Assembly: GCA_020536535.1 (NCBI GenBank)
Contig: JAHLWZ010000594.1
Span: forward strand, 1,533-65,532
Direction: 5' to 3'
DNA length: 64,000 nt
Source: Pelomyxa schiedti
Taxonomy: Eukaryota; Protista; Evosea
Of the stretch, positions 1 to 11,524 are shown one piece after another (the stretch's first letter is position 1; the number at the start of each line of letters is the position of its first letter). Below the pieces are notes generated by a model. It was not told the origin of the DNA. It did no database searches and worked only from the letters and a program-made list of their open reading frames with translations. Both the position numbers and the translations under genes were made by a program.

Positions 1-86
1 TCGTCGCTGCTGTGGGGCAGGACGTCCGCCGCAGCCGACGTGGGAGGCGATGGCGTGTCCCCCGTCCGCGATGGCGATGCCGACAT
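1..86 (-). CDS. 5' end of a gene truncated by the window edge (MSASPSRTGDTPSPPTSAAADVLPHSSD...)
   Basis: ATG at 86 on the minus strand after an A/T-rich spacer. The GC-rich frame stays open off the window and resembles other first exons here. Divergent from the gene at 180. Confidence 0.45.
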   Translation of the reverse strand, partial: MSASPSRTGDTPSPPTSAAADVLPHSSD

Positions 87-179
87 GTGTGCTTAATAAT
101 TAAAACCAAAAAAAATGATCATGATTTCAAAGAAGCTCCTTTCTTAGAAAAGCCGTCACAGTAGGCGAATCCGGAGAGT

Positions 180-1205
180 ATGGCCACGATCACAGGGGCG
201 GGGGAGGGCAAGACTCCGCGTGTAGGGGCACTGGTGTCGGTTGTTGAGTCCGCGGTGATGGGGGTAGAGGGCAGCGTGGCGGTGTGGGTGGTGGCCGCCT
301 TGTGCGTCGTGGTGCCACGTGCTCTGTTGGTGCCTACAACGGTGTGTGTGTGCGTGCGCGTCTGGGGACATTACGTAAACAAGTCACTCATTAATGCAAA
401 AAAATACTTCTACAAAGGTAGTGTGGATTGTGCAGTTTGGAATGTCTATTGTTGGAGGAGTCATTGTAGTCTTGTGGATAGTGTGGAGGCACTCGTGGCC
501 TCCTCAATCGCTGTTCATGTCACCATCATTGTTCCACTCGTGGTGTGTCCTGTGTCTATCTCCGGTCTATAATTAACTCTTATTGGTTCTTGGCTATTCC
601 AGGGTGGAAAGGAGCTGCCCGCTGTGCTGGCTAATGTTGGGGATTGAAGTTGGCAGCTTTATATTAGTAGCCATGTGGGGCGATGTGCGATTTTCACTGA
701 AAAACTATGCCGCTAATGGCGCATCCCCTGTGCTAATTCTTTTTCTGTGCCCTGTTTGTGAAGAGCTTGTCTTTCGGGTGTTGATTCCCATGCGGTTTTC
801 AAGGAGGTACAGTTCACACTTTTTTTCTTTTTTGCTCAATTTTTAGGCAGTGCTCTGCTACGCTCGCTTGTATTGTGAGTGCGACTTTATTTTCACTCAT
901 CCATTTGCTAAATATTGATTCTGCCTCAGTCACGTACATTTTCTGGCAGGTTGAGCCATTTCCATTGTTTCTTTTATACTTAGTGGACGATACAGATGGT
1001 GAAGGCTTTTGTTCACGGTGTTGCACTTTTCTGTGTGCAGCACACACATAAGGCGATTGCTCAAAGCACAATTTTGCACAGCCTGAACAACCTTGTCTGG
1101 GGCTTTCTTCCCCTGACCACAGCCCTGACACTAAAACTCTGCTTAATATGTAACTGTCAAATCACCAAATTTACTCATCTAACTATATTCAGTTTCAGTC
1201 TCTGA
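180..1205 (+). CDS. CPBP/Abi (CAAX prenyl protease II, Rce1-like) intramembrane glutamic protease, multi-exon
   Basis: Spliced exons give hydrophobic helices and the three family motifs: PVCEELVFR (EExxxR), LFSLIH (FxxxH, exon at ~847-949) and ILHSLNN (HxxxN). Confidence 0.75.
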
Positions 1206-1410
1206 GCTCCTCACAATTTATGTGTCCTACCTTCACTACTCCCGGCACAAACAAAATTAAATTTTCCCCTGAACGAACTCGGGGATTCAAATAATCGCAC
1301 AGAGCCGAGCCACACTTTTTTTCTTTTCTTTTTAAGATTGGAAAAACAATCAGTGATTACAAACGAAAAGAAAACAAAAGCAAAGAAACAAACAACAAGC
1401 AAAGTACTAG

Positions 1411-2046
<636 letters not shown>

Positions 2047-2209
2047 GATCTTGGTACCAAGATTGTCAAACTTTTTCTGGGCCTCTTTGGTGATTAGAAG
2101 CCACCAAATTAGCCACAAACACTTTGTTTAATAGAACTACTTTTGTAATCCCTGAAAAAAATTCTTTTTCCTCTTCTTCTTGTGGTTGGTGCTGCGGTGT
2201 CCAGGCACC

Positions 2210-3562
2210 TCATACTGAGTTGAAAACTGTAAATCTTTGTATTTCTGAGGCGAAGTTGAGTATTGCCACTGTGACATCAGATGGGTCAGTCACAGCAATG
2301 GCCTGGGCGCATCCCCGGCTGTGAAAAATGAACCCAGATTCAGCCTGAACCTTTGGGGTTCTGCCTGCATCGTCGGTAGATCCAACTACGTGAGGAAACG
2401 ACCTTGTTGGCTCCGTGAGGTCTTTGCAGTCCCATACTTCATAAACATCCCTCTGTGTCACACAGAATTGTAATTCGTTCAACTGGGAAAGCTGTTTTCC
2501 AGCGAAATCCTCACAAAGTTGGCTCACATTCCCGTCGACCACGGAAAACACAGGATGATATAGAGTAATAGACCTACTTCCCGTTGCACTCACTTGAATC
2601 TTCTCTGACAGAATCTCCACAACAAATGTGCGTTTATTTGTGTGAGGGCACCTGAAAGCCAGCATTTCCAAAACTCGTCCATCAACGGGAATAGTCCCAA
2701 CAGATGAGTCCACAACAACAAGTGATTTCGTCTTGTGAGTACTAGTGATATCAATCACCATGAACAGCAGAGATCTGGGAGAAGACTGATTTCCGAACAG
2801 AATAGTTGCTTCATCTGGATCGTTCCTGCTCAAGGCAAACTTCACTAAGCTCCATTCACTGTGGCCACCGCTTCCCATAATTACCTCTGGAGTGGGTGCC
2901 ATGCTCACCCCAACTGCGGATTCTGCGGCCGGCAGCCCCTGTAATCCAACCACAGTCATCACAAGGCTCTCTGCACCAATGTGCACCCACCACTTTCTTG
3001 CGGCACTCACAAACGAGTTGCCAGGAAGGCCATCCATCAGCCACCTCTTCTCGTTCCCAGATCTATCTGCAACACTAAACCTGTACAGGGACTCATCATC
3101 ATCCTCGTCCGAATCCTCAGGATCGCCAGTGGAGCTTCCAGATATCACCGAGGTCTTGACGAAGCTGTCAGAGTCCACGATGCCGTATCTGTCTATCCTA
3201 AGTGACAGCCCGTACTCATCGATGCCCCACCGGTGGGCCACGCTAGGGGCTCTGGTGACTCCCCCCGTCAGACTCGACACGCTCATTCTCATCAACACGT
3301 CCTCGACGTTGTCAGCACCATCACCGAACACCAACTTGACCCCGCTTACGCCGCTCACCAGGATGCAAAAGTGAGTTTCTGCGCCTGGGCCGGCACAACA
3401 GATGTCCCACAACTGCGAGGACAGCGCCGGGGTGACGAGTCCGCGCAAGGGGCTCAGTGCCCCGCAACGAGGGTGCGACGCGACCACCAACGCCAGAACT
3501 TGTGCCCGTGCGCTCAGGAAGATGTGGCTCCCAACGAAGAATCGGTTGCTGTCGTCTGTCAT
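2210..3562 (-). CDS. Uncharacterised intronless 'HPRCG' family protein, tandem copy 1 (450 aa)
   Basis: Long uninterrupted ORF aligning end to end with the two neighbouring ORFs. N-terminal SARAQVLAL...SHPRCGALSPLR, followed by a beta-strand-rich remainder. Confidence 0.85.
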   Translation of the reverse strand: MTDDSNRFFVGSHIFLSARAQVLALVVASHPRCGALSPLRGLVTPALSSQLWDICCAGPGAETHFCILVSGVSGVKLVFGDGADNVEDVLMRMSVSSLTGGVTRAPSVAHRWGIDEYGLSLRIDRYGIVDSDSFVKTSVISGSSTGDPEDSDEDDDESLYRFSVADRSGNEKRWLMDGLPGNSFVSAARKWWVHIGAESLVMTVVGLQGLPAAESAVGVSMAPTPEVIMGSGGHSEWSLVKFALSRNDPDEATILFGNQSSPRSLLFMVIDITSTHKTKSLVVVDSSVGTIPVDGRVLEMLAFRCPHTNKRTFVVEILSEKIQVSATGSRSITLYHPVFSVVDGNVSQLCEDFAGKQLSQLNELQFCVTQRDVYEVWDCKDLTEPTRSFPHVVGSTDDAGRTPKVQAESGFIFHSRGCAQAIAVTDPSDVTVAILNFASEIQRFTVFNSV

Positions 3563-3673
3563 CTCCCGAGGGGTTTTCTAAGAAGATTTTCTGATGAAAG
3601 CGGTTTGTTGCGTGCCCTGATGTACGTGAATAAAGAAGTACAAACAGCATCTTTTTTGCGTTTTGTTGACAGG

Positions 3674-4960
3674 TCAAAATGAGTTGTAAACGTGAAATTT
3701 ATCTGATGCTATGGCGAAGTGGAGAGTCAAAACAGTGCGATTGAATGCATCTGTCACAGCAATTACACAGGCCCTCTCGTGGCTGTGGAAGATGAACCCA
3801 GACTCTGCCTCACACACAGCACCACCGGCTGAGCCAATCACGTGAGGAAAGGACCTTGGTGGCTGCATGAGGTTGTTGCAGTCCCAGATTTCATAAACAT
3901 CTCTTTGCACGACGCAAAACTGTGATTGGTTCAACTGAGAGACTCCCCCACAGTAGCATCCTGTGAGTTCGGTCACGTTCCCGTTGGCAATGGTGCACAC
4001 TTGTAGAGAATACCCGCCAGTACGAACTAATACAATGAATGTGAGTTGATTTGTGCGAGGGCACCTGAAAGAGAGCACCTCCAACACCCGCGCATCAAAG
4101 GGAAGAATCTCAAGAGAGGAGTGCACAACCGCAAGTGATTTTGTCCCATGAGTTCTCTTGATATCGATAACCACAAACAGCAGGTATCTGCCAGAAGACT
4201 GGGACTGAAACAGAGCAACCGCTTCATCAGGGTCTGTCCTGCTGAAGAAAAACTCCCTGTATCGCCAATCACGGACACCGTGGCCCCCACTTCCCATAAC
4301 GATGTCAGTGAGCGGCAGCCTCACCTGGACAGGTGACTCAGCAGCTGTTTGCCGCGGGTCCACCCGCCACAGGCAAGCCACGGTCATCACCAGGCTATTT
4401 ACGCAGAAGTGCACCCACCACTTTCTCGCAGCACTCACAAACGACCGATCGGCAGGGCCATCCATCAGCCACCTCTTCTCGTTCCCTTCTCGATCCACCA
4501 CGGCGAACCTGTACATTCCCTCGGCGCGGACGCGGCCGCTCATCACCGGCTGAATGAAGCTGCCAGAGCCCACCAGGCCGTAGTCTAGTATCCTCAGCAC
4601 CGCCTTGAAGTCGCCCACGCCCCACCGGTGGGCCACGCTCGGCGCCCTCGTCACGCCGCCGGTCAGCGTCGACACGCTCATTCTCAGCAGCACGTCCTCG
4701 GCCTTGTCGTGTGGATGCTCCCAAGCCATCGTCGGCGCGGTGAGACCGAGCACCAGGATGCAAAAGTGAGTTTCTGCGCCTGGGCCGGCACAACAGATGT
4801 CCCACAACTGCGAGGACAGCGCCGGGGTGACGAGTCCGCGCAAGGGGCTCGGTGCCCCGCAACGAGGGTGAGACGAGACCACCAGCGCGAGAACTTGTGC
4901 CCGCGCGGTCAGATAGACATAACTCCCAACGAAGAATCGGCCGCTGATGTTGTCTGTCAT
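3674..4960 (-). CDS. Uncharacterised intronless 'HPRCG' family protein, tandem copy 2 (428 aa)
   Basis: Paralog of copies 1 and 3, sharing HPRCG, SFVSAARKWWVH, FRCPxTN and YExWDC blocks. Confidence 0.85.
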   Translation of the reverse strand: MTDNISGRFFVGSYVYLTARAQVLALVVSSHPRCGAPSPLRGLVTPALSSQLWDICCAGPGAETHFCILVLGLTAPTMAWEHPHDKAEDVLLRMSVSTLTGGVTRAPSVAHRWGVGDFKAVLRILDYGLVGSGSFIQPVMSGRVRAEGMYRFAVVDREGNEKRWLMDGPADRSFVSAARKWWVHFCVNSLVMTVACLWRVDPRQTAAESPVQVRLPLTDIVMGSGGHGVRDWRYREFFFSRTDPDEAVALFQSQSSGRYLLFVVIDIKRTHGTKSLAVVHSSLEILPFDARVLEVLSFRCPRTNQLTFIVLVRTGGYSLQVCTIANGNVTELTGCYCGGVSQLNQSQFCVVQRDVYEIWDCNNLMQPPRSFPHVIGSAGGAVCEAESGFIFHSHERACVIAVTDAFNRTVLTLHFAIASDKFHVYNSF

Positions 4961-5010
4961 TCACTTGCAAGGCTTGTTGGGTGTGTTTCTACGAACGATC
5001 AAAAACCTGG

Positions 5011-6291
5011 CTAAACTGTGTTGAAAACATGGAAGTTACTGCACTCCTCGGTGAAGGAGAGACTTACTACTGTTTCATTGAATGGGCCAGTCACAGTAAT
5101 TTTTACGGCTTGATTGCTGGTGTGAAAGATGAAGCCAGAATCGGCCTTAAGCATTGCCAGGTGGCCAGGGACCACGTGAGGAAGCGACCGTGTTGGCTGT
5201 GTGAGGTCTTTGCAGTCCCATACTTCATAAACGTCCCTCTGTGTCACACAGAACTGTGATTCGTTCAACTGAGACACCAACCCACTTTGAGCTTCCGTCA
5301 GCTGAGTGACATTCCCATTGGAAATGGCAAACACGAACAGAGAAAATCCAGATGACCGGGTCTCTACAATGAAGGTGGGCTGATTTGTGCGAGGGCACCT
5401 GAAAGACAGAACCTCCAACACCCTCCCCTCAAAGGGAAGAATCCCAACAGATGAGTCCACAACCGCGAGGGATCTTGTCTCGTGAGTTCTCTTGATGTCA
5501 ATCACGACGAACAGCAGAGATCTGCGAGAAGACCGGCTCTGGAACAGAACAGTTGCCTCGTCGGGGTTGCTCCTGCTGAAGAACAGACTCAGGTACCACC
5601 AATCGCCAACACTTCCCATAACGGTCCTCTGAGGGGGCGTCACGTTCACCTCGACTGGTGAATCCTCGACGGCATGCTTCTGTTGATGTACATCCAACAG
5701 ACAAACCACAGTCATTGCCAGGCTATTTGTGCGCACGTGCACCCACCACTTTCTTGCGGCACTCACAAACGAACTGTCACAGGGGCCATTCATCAGCCAC
5801 CTCCTCTCGTTCCCTTCTCGATCCACCACAGAAAACCTGCGAATTCCGGCAGGCATTCCAAGAGGCCCTGGCGACGTCATAACCAACAGGTCAGAGCTCA
5901 CCAGCCCGTACTTATGTATGTTCCGCGAACTGCAGAACGACCACTCGTCGGCCGCGCTTGGTGCCCTGATTACACCCCCAGTCAGCGTCGAAACGCTCAG
6001 TCCTCTCAACAGATGATCGTCCTCACAAGAGCGATCTTCGGGCCTCCCGCACAACAGAGTCAACATGTGCCCTGTGCGCTCGCTGGTCACCATGATGCAA
6101 AAGTGGGTCTCGGCACCCGGGCCGGCACAACATAGCTCCCATAACTGCGAGGACAGACACGCGTCCATTACACAGCGCAAGGGGCTCAGCGCCCCGCAAC
6201 GAGGGTGCGACGCGACAACCATTGCTACAACTTGTGCCCTCGCGCTGAGGTAAATGTGACTCCCTTTGAAGACTGACAGACCAAACATCAT
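5011..6291 (-). CDS. Uncharacterised intronless 'HPRCG' family protein, tandem copy 3 (426 aa)
   Basis: Same conserved blocks as copies 1 and 2. Confidence 0.85.
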   Translation of the reverse strand: MMFGLSVFKGSHIYLSARAQVVAMVVASHPRCGALSPLRCVMDACLSSQLWELCCAGPGAETHFCIMVTSERTGHMLTLLCGRPEDRSCEDDHLLRGLSVSTLTGGVIRAPSAADEWSFCSSRNIHKYGLVSSDLLVMTSPGPLGMPAGIRRFSVVDREGNERRWLMNGPCDSSFVSAARKWWVHVRTNSLAMTVVCLLDVHQQKHAVEDSPVEVNVTPPQRTVMGSVGDWWYLSLFFSRSNPDEATVLFQSRSSRRSLLFVVIDIKRTHETRSLAVVDSSVGILPFEGRVLEVLSFRCPRTNQPTFIVETRSSGFSLFVFAISNGNVTQLTEAQSGLVSQLNESQFCVTQRDVYEVWDCKDLTQPTRSLPHVVPGHLAMLKADSGFIFHTSNQAVKITVTGPFNETVVSLSFTEECSNFHVFNTV

Positions 6292-6458
6292 TACAGTTGA
6301 GTTTCAGGTAAATTATTTGGTGTAATATTAGCCATGGGGAGGTACCTCTGCCTCTTCTCCCCTCGGGACACTTTGGTGAGAAAAAAAAAAGAACTGTTCT
6401 TTCAATTCTTTATTATGTTTGAACCACAAAAACACAAGGGAAACCGGGCGGGGCCTGT

Positions 6459-9400
6459 TTAGAAGGCCTCGATTCTCCAGCGTTGCTCAGCCTTCATCTT
6501 CTCTACGAAGGCGACGGCGTTCTCCTTTGTGAGTCCACCGGCAACAGAGACGGCCTCGGTGATGGCGGCCTCAAGCTTGGCTGGGATGTTGAATGCGGCA
6601 GGTCCGCAGTAGAAGTAGTGGGCGTTGGGGTGCTTGAGAACGGCCCAGACATCCTCGGGGTGCTCCTTCATGAGCAAGTCAACCTGTGTTTTGGTTAGTG
6701 CGGAAGTTACGGGGTAATAAATGCGAAGGGACTCACGGTTTCGAATCGCTTGGGGTCTTGGTGGGAGAAGGCACCAATGTGCTTGTGGAGGACTCCGGCT
6801 TGCTTGAACTTGGTCATCTCAGCCTGGAGGATGAAGTCGCGGTCGTTGTAGCGGCAAGCCTGGTAGCAGAGGGTGAAGCCAACCTCCTTGTTCTCAGACT
6901 TGTCCTTGAGCCTGTCCTGAAGAAGAGCCCTCATTGGTGCGAGACCGGTTCCAAGACCGCAGAGGAGCATTGGTGCGGTGGACTCTGTTGGTGGGCGGAG
7001 GGATCCCTCGTGAACCATGACTGGGACTTGCTCTCCAACCTTGAGTGTTGGGAGCCATGAGGTGGCAAGACCTCCACCGGTAACCTTGCCGCGTGACCTG
7101 GTAACCTCAGTTGGGATGGCAATAACGAGCTGGCACTTGTGTCCAACGAGCTTGGGGCTGCTGGCAACGGAGTACAACCTGACCTTGATGAGTGGGATCA
7201 TTTCAATGAGGAAGTCCAGTGTTGGGTGTGCGGATGGGAAATCAGCAAGCACGTCAACATAGGATGGTCCGTCCTTGAGGTAGTCAGCAAGAGCCTCGGC
7301 TCCCTCCTTGGAAGCGAGGTTAGCAAGGTTGGCCTTCTCCTTGGGGTTGGCGGCGAAGTTGGAGAGTTGGCGGAAGAAGAGTTTGCGTGGGCGGGAGTAA
7401 ATGTCAAGGTAGCGCTCGAACAAGTGCTTGACGGAGATGGTTGGTGGAATGGGGAGAGGAGCGGCTTCATCAACTGGGACGACGGATACAACGGCAGCTC
7501 CGTTAAGTCCGTACCAGTGGAGGAAGTTGTCAATGTTGGGACCAAGGTTGGATGGGAAGATTCCAAGAGCGTCACCAACGTTGTATTCGTAACCGGTATC
7601 GGCAAGGTCGAACTCCATGTAGCGGATTGGCCTGCCGTATGTCTCGGGTGTGGCAAGAGCTGTCTCGGTCAAAGTGGCGTACATGGTCTTGGCTGGTGGG
7701 GGAACTGGGACTGAGGCCTGGAAGCCAAGGGCAATGCGGTAGTGGGGAACAAGAGCGGCCTTGGGTGGCTCAACGCCGAGCTCCTCATAGAGGTGGGCAG
7801 CCCATGGTTCAAAGGCAGTCTGGTGTCCATCATCAGCGGTCTCATCTCCAAGACCAACTTCAATGATCCTGGTGGCACCAAGACCCTCGAGCTTGAAGTC
7901 GAAGTCCTTAGCAGCTTGGCAGAACCTTCCGTACTTGCGGGATCCGCAACCGAATACGGCGTAGGAGAGCCCCTTGAGTGCGCCAGAGCCCTGGCCGGCG
8001 AGCCAGTCCCAGACCTGGGTGGCCTGTGGTGGTCTCTCACCGTCACCGAAAGTGCAGGTAAGGAAGATGGCGGTCTTGATGTTAACGAGGTCAGCGGGCA
8101 TGCAGCCATCCATTGGCCAGAGCTTGGCATCAATCTTGCTGCTCTTGAGGTCGTTGTAGATGCTGCGGGCAATTGCTTCGGTTTGTCCACCAACTGTGGC
8201 GTACAAGACAACAACGGTGTTGGCCTCGGCAGCACCAGCTCCTCCAATGGTTGGGGCGGCAGCAACCTCCTTAGCCTTGACAACTTGTGGGTGGTAGTGG
8301 GTGTGGAGGAGGTGGTGAGCCATCTCTCCGTTGGGGTCACCCAAGAACCTGTCGTAGAGCTCAGTTATGGTTGGGTTCTCGTGAGAGCGTCGAATGGTGG
8401 CCTTCTCGTCTACTTCATAGATGGCAGCGCTTCGTTTCTTGAGAACATCGGGATCCATTGACTTGGGTTGACCACCACCACCAATGCAGCCTCCTGGGCA
8501 GCCCATAATCTCAACGAAGTGGTATCCACACTTGTCAAAGCCAACTCGCTCAACTTCAGCCAAGAATCGCTTGATGTTGGCAATGCCGTTGACAACACCA
8601 ACGCGGAGTGGGTGTGAGGCAACCTGAATGTCTGCTGTCTTCACTCCCTCGAAACCACGGCACTGCTGCATCTGTGGGGTGATGAGCTGAGTGCATCCAG
8701 CAACCTTGTCTGCGGCGGTACGGAGAACGGCCTCCATCACACCACCAGAAGCTCCGAAGATGGCTCCGGCACCTGTTCCAAGACCCATAGGTGCATCGAA
8801 AGGAAGCTCAAGGTCGAATGTGTTGATTCCGCGCATCTTGAGGAACTTGGCGCACTCGCGGGTGGTCATGACGTAGTCTGCAGAGAATTAGTAGAGGGTT
8901 ACACTATCACAAAGACTCACCAACGTCCTTGTAGCCATCTCTCATCATGTCAGGTCTCCTGGCCTCGTCTTTCTTGGCTGTGCAAGGCATGATTGAGACG
9001 TGGTAGATGTCCTGAGGTCTCTTTCCGAGCTTCTTGGCGAAGAAGGTCTTGACCAAGGCACCCATCATACCCTGAGGGGACTTGCATGTGCTCATGTACG
9101 GAATGAGTTCGGGGTAGCTCTTCTCCATAAGGTTGATCCAGCAAGGGCAGCATGTGCTGAACATGGGGAATGGGCCCTTGCCTGTCTTCAGCCTGGTGGC
9201 GAACTCGGTGCCCTCCTCCATAATGGTAAGATCAGCCTGACAAAATGTTAGTTGAAGTAATTACCTAAAATTGCATACAGTGAAGTTGGTATCGAAGACG
9301 AAGTGGAAACCGGCGCGTTTGAGACCCATAACAGCCTTGCCGGTGCTGATGGAGCCTGGGGCCATGCCGAACTCCTCACCAATGGCAACACGGACTGAGG

Positions 9401-10270
9401 GAGCCATGGAGGCAACGACGACCTTGCCGGACTTGAGTGCAGCGTTCACTTGTTCAAGGTGAGTCTTCTCCATAAGAGCTCCACTTGGGCAAACAGATGA
9501 GCACTGACCGCAGGAAACACAGAGTGTGTCGGCAAGTGGAAGGCCACTGCTAGTTGAGACTGGAACGACAGCTCCCTGTAAAAATTGAGCCTCGAAGAAA
9601 ACACCGATTACCACTTACATCGGTCAATTTCCAGATTCCCAATCCCTGAATGTCCTTGCACATTCTGACACATCGACCACACTCGATGCACTTGGTCATA
9701 TCTTGCTGAAGAGCGTTGGAAGTATCATCATAGGCATTAGCAATTGTGTGCTCCATCACACGTGCCAACTCGGGAGCATGGGAGAAGTTCTCGGGTGTGC
9801 GGAAGCGAACCTAACACCGAGTGAGCCGAAAACTCAACATTGCCTCACAGTTAAAACCTTCTGAACAAGTCGGTTCATGGCAAGAGCAGCGCGAAGCTTG
9901 CATTCGGGTGTTTCGGTGGCGATTCTCATTCCGGGTGTGACCTTAGCACTGCAGCCAAGAACGGGCTCAGCACTACCCTCAACCATAACACAGCACAAAC
10001 CACATTTACCTGTAAAGAAAAATAAGAAAATAACAAAAAAAAACAGCAATAAAATAACAAAAAAAGAAGAAAACGACGCATACCAATGGGCTGAAGGCGA
10101 GGATGGTAGCACATCGTGGGGACGTACTCGCCGGCAAGGCGGCACGCCTCGACGAGGTTTGCGCGGTTCGGCACCTGAACGGATTTGCCGTTAATGAACA
10201 CCTCGATCATCTTGTCGGGTGGTGGCTGGACAGCGGACATGACTCCGGTAATTGGTTCGGGTGTCGACAT
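6459..10270 (-). CDS. hydA: [FeFe]-hydrogenase fused to a diflavin reductase (flavodoxin + FAD + NAD(P)H domains; CysJ/CPR-like), 7 exons, roughly 1150-1200 aa
   Basis: [2Fe-2S] domain (CYHP..KCGLC...C), two [4Fe-4S] motifs (CIECGRCVRMC, CVSCGQCSSVCP) and H-cluster motifs APSVR, STCCPCW, MPCTAKKDE and EIMGCPGGCIGGGGQP. Small-subunit SHENP...LHTHY follows. The same exon continues into flavodoxin (YATVGGQTE, TFGDGE, VFGCGSRKY), FAD (RLYSVASSP, GLATSWL) and NAD(P)H (GLGTGLAPMRA) motifs. The last exon has YYCGP and IEAF. Confidence 0.95.
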
Positions 10271-10616
10271 TTTTTGCGGCTGCTGCGGTGGCTAGTTTCG
10301 CCTTGTGGTTTTTTTGTTTTTTTGATTATTTTTAAGGAGCCGAACTTAAAAAAAATTCTCGCAGGGATTTGCGGTATATTTAGCAGTTGTCAATTGTGAC
10401 GTTAAGGCCCAAAAAAAGAAAGGAAGCTGAAGATCAAAGACGAAACTGCACTTCGATTGAAGGTAATTCTGTGTTGATTGGGTAAAACACTGCCGAATGA
10501 CTGTTTTACTCACAGAGAGCAAGAACCGGAGGTGTAAATAGGGACTGTGAGAGTTTTTTGTGGTTTGCGGGGAAAAGAAGGGTAACATACAAAATCGGAT
10601 TTGTGTTGGAATTAAA

Positions 10617-11524
10617 TTACGTATTCTTGCTGTGCTTTATGAGCCAGTCGAGAGTGATGTCAAGGTTGACACTGTTCTTGGCGGAGATGGAGTAGCAGCA
10701 TACCTCGTGCCCTGTTATGTCGCGAAGACCACTGAAGAGCGGTGAGTGCTTTGGTTGAATTGCGGCTACATACAGTGCGGTAACAATTTCATCAACACCG
10801 GCCGCGTTGTGTAAATCATTTTTGTTGCCAAGAACGAGAACTGGTATGGAAGACAGCGCAGGTTTGATCAACAAATCGTGCAACTCCTTTCGGGCAGTGT
10901 CAAACTTGTCTCTATCTACCGCATCTACAACAAATCTGGTCTCCGGTTAGATGGTAGCTAAATGTTGGTATTCCATACACAATAGCGTTCACACCCCTGC
11001 AATAACGTTCCCACATCTGAGGGAAAAAGGAAGGTGCATAAGAAGTTAGAAAAAAGCTTAGAGGCAAAGTACTTGTCGGAATCGTGGTTGACCTCCGAGA
11101 TCTGAATAGGGGTCAGGTTTGAAACGGAACACTTCCAAAAAAAAAAAATGAATTAATAAGAATTGGTTGCACCATACCCCATAGCTTAATGGTAACATTT
11201 CCCTTTGTCACTTTGCGCACATTGAATCCTATAGTAGGGATCATGTCTTCCGTGAAAGTTCCGGACTAGTAAGTATTGCAAGTTATAAAATGCGGTATGT
11301 TGATTGCAAAATCCTCACCGAAATTACGTTGACAAACGTCGACTTGCCGGAGTTCTATTAAAGCGGTCATTTGTTGCGTAGGAGAGCGCACAAAAGTGTA
11401 CAGGATAGCTAAAGGGCAAACAACAAACCTGCAAACCAACCAACGTCAGCTCCATTTCTTGCTTCCAAAATAACTGCGCGAAGAAGTCGGCAATTGACTG
11501 GAAAAAAGCCTTCACAGCCGCCAT
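10617..11524 (-). CDS. ARL8: Arl8 (Arf-like lysosomal GTPase), multi-exon
   Basis: [15 protein letters not shown]|[61 protein letters not shown]...LDWLIKHSK. Amphipathic N-terminus without Gly2. Confidence 0.95.

Noticed and set aside
6483-8876. Long plus-strand and alternate-frame ORFs over the hydrogenase (e.g. 7742-8461, 7139-7714)
   Set aside because: Antisense shadows produced by strong codon bias, with no motifs. The same applies to ORFs opposite the H+-PPase.
6459-10270. Hydrogenase as bacterial or symbiont contamination
   Set aside because: It has six spliceosomal introns and is flanked by Arl8 and host-family genes. An ancient lateral origin remains possible but cannot be judged here.
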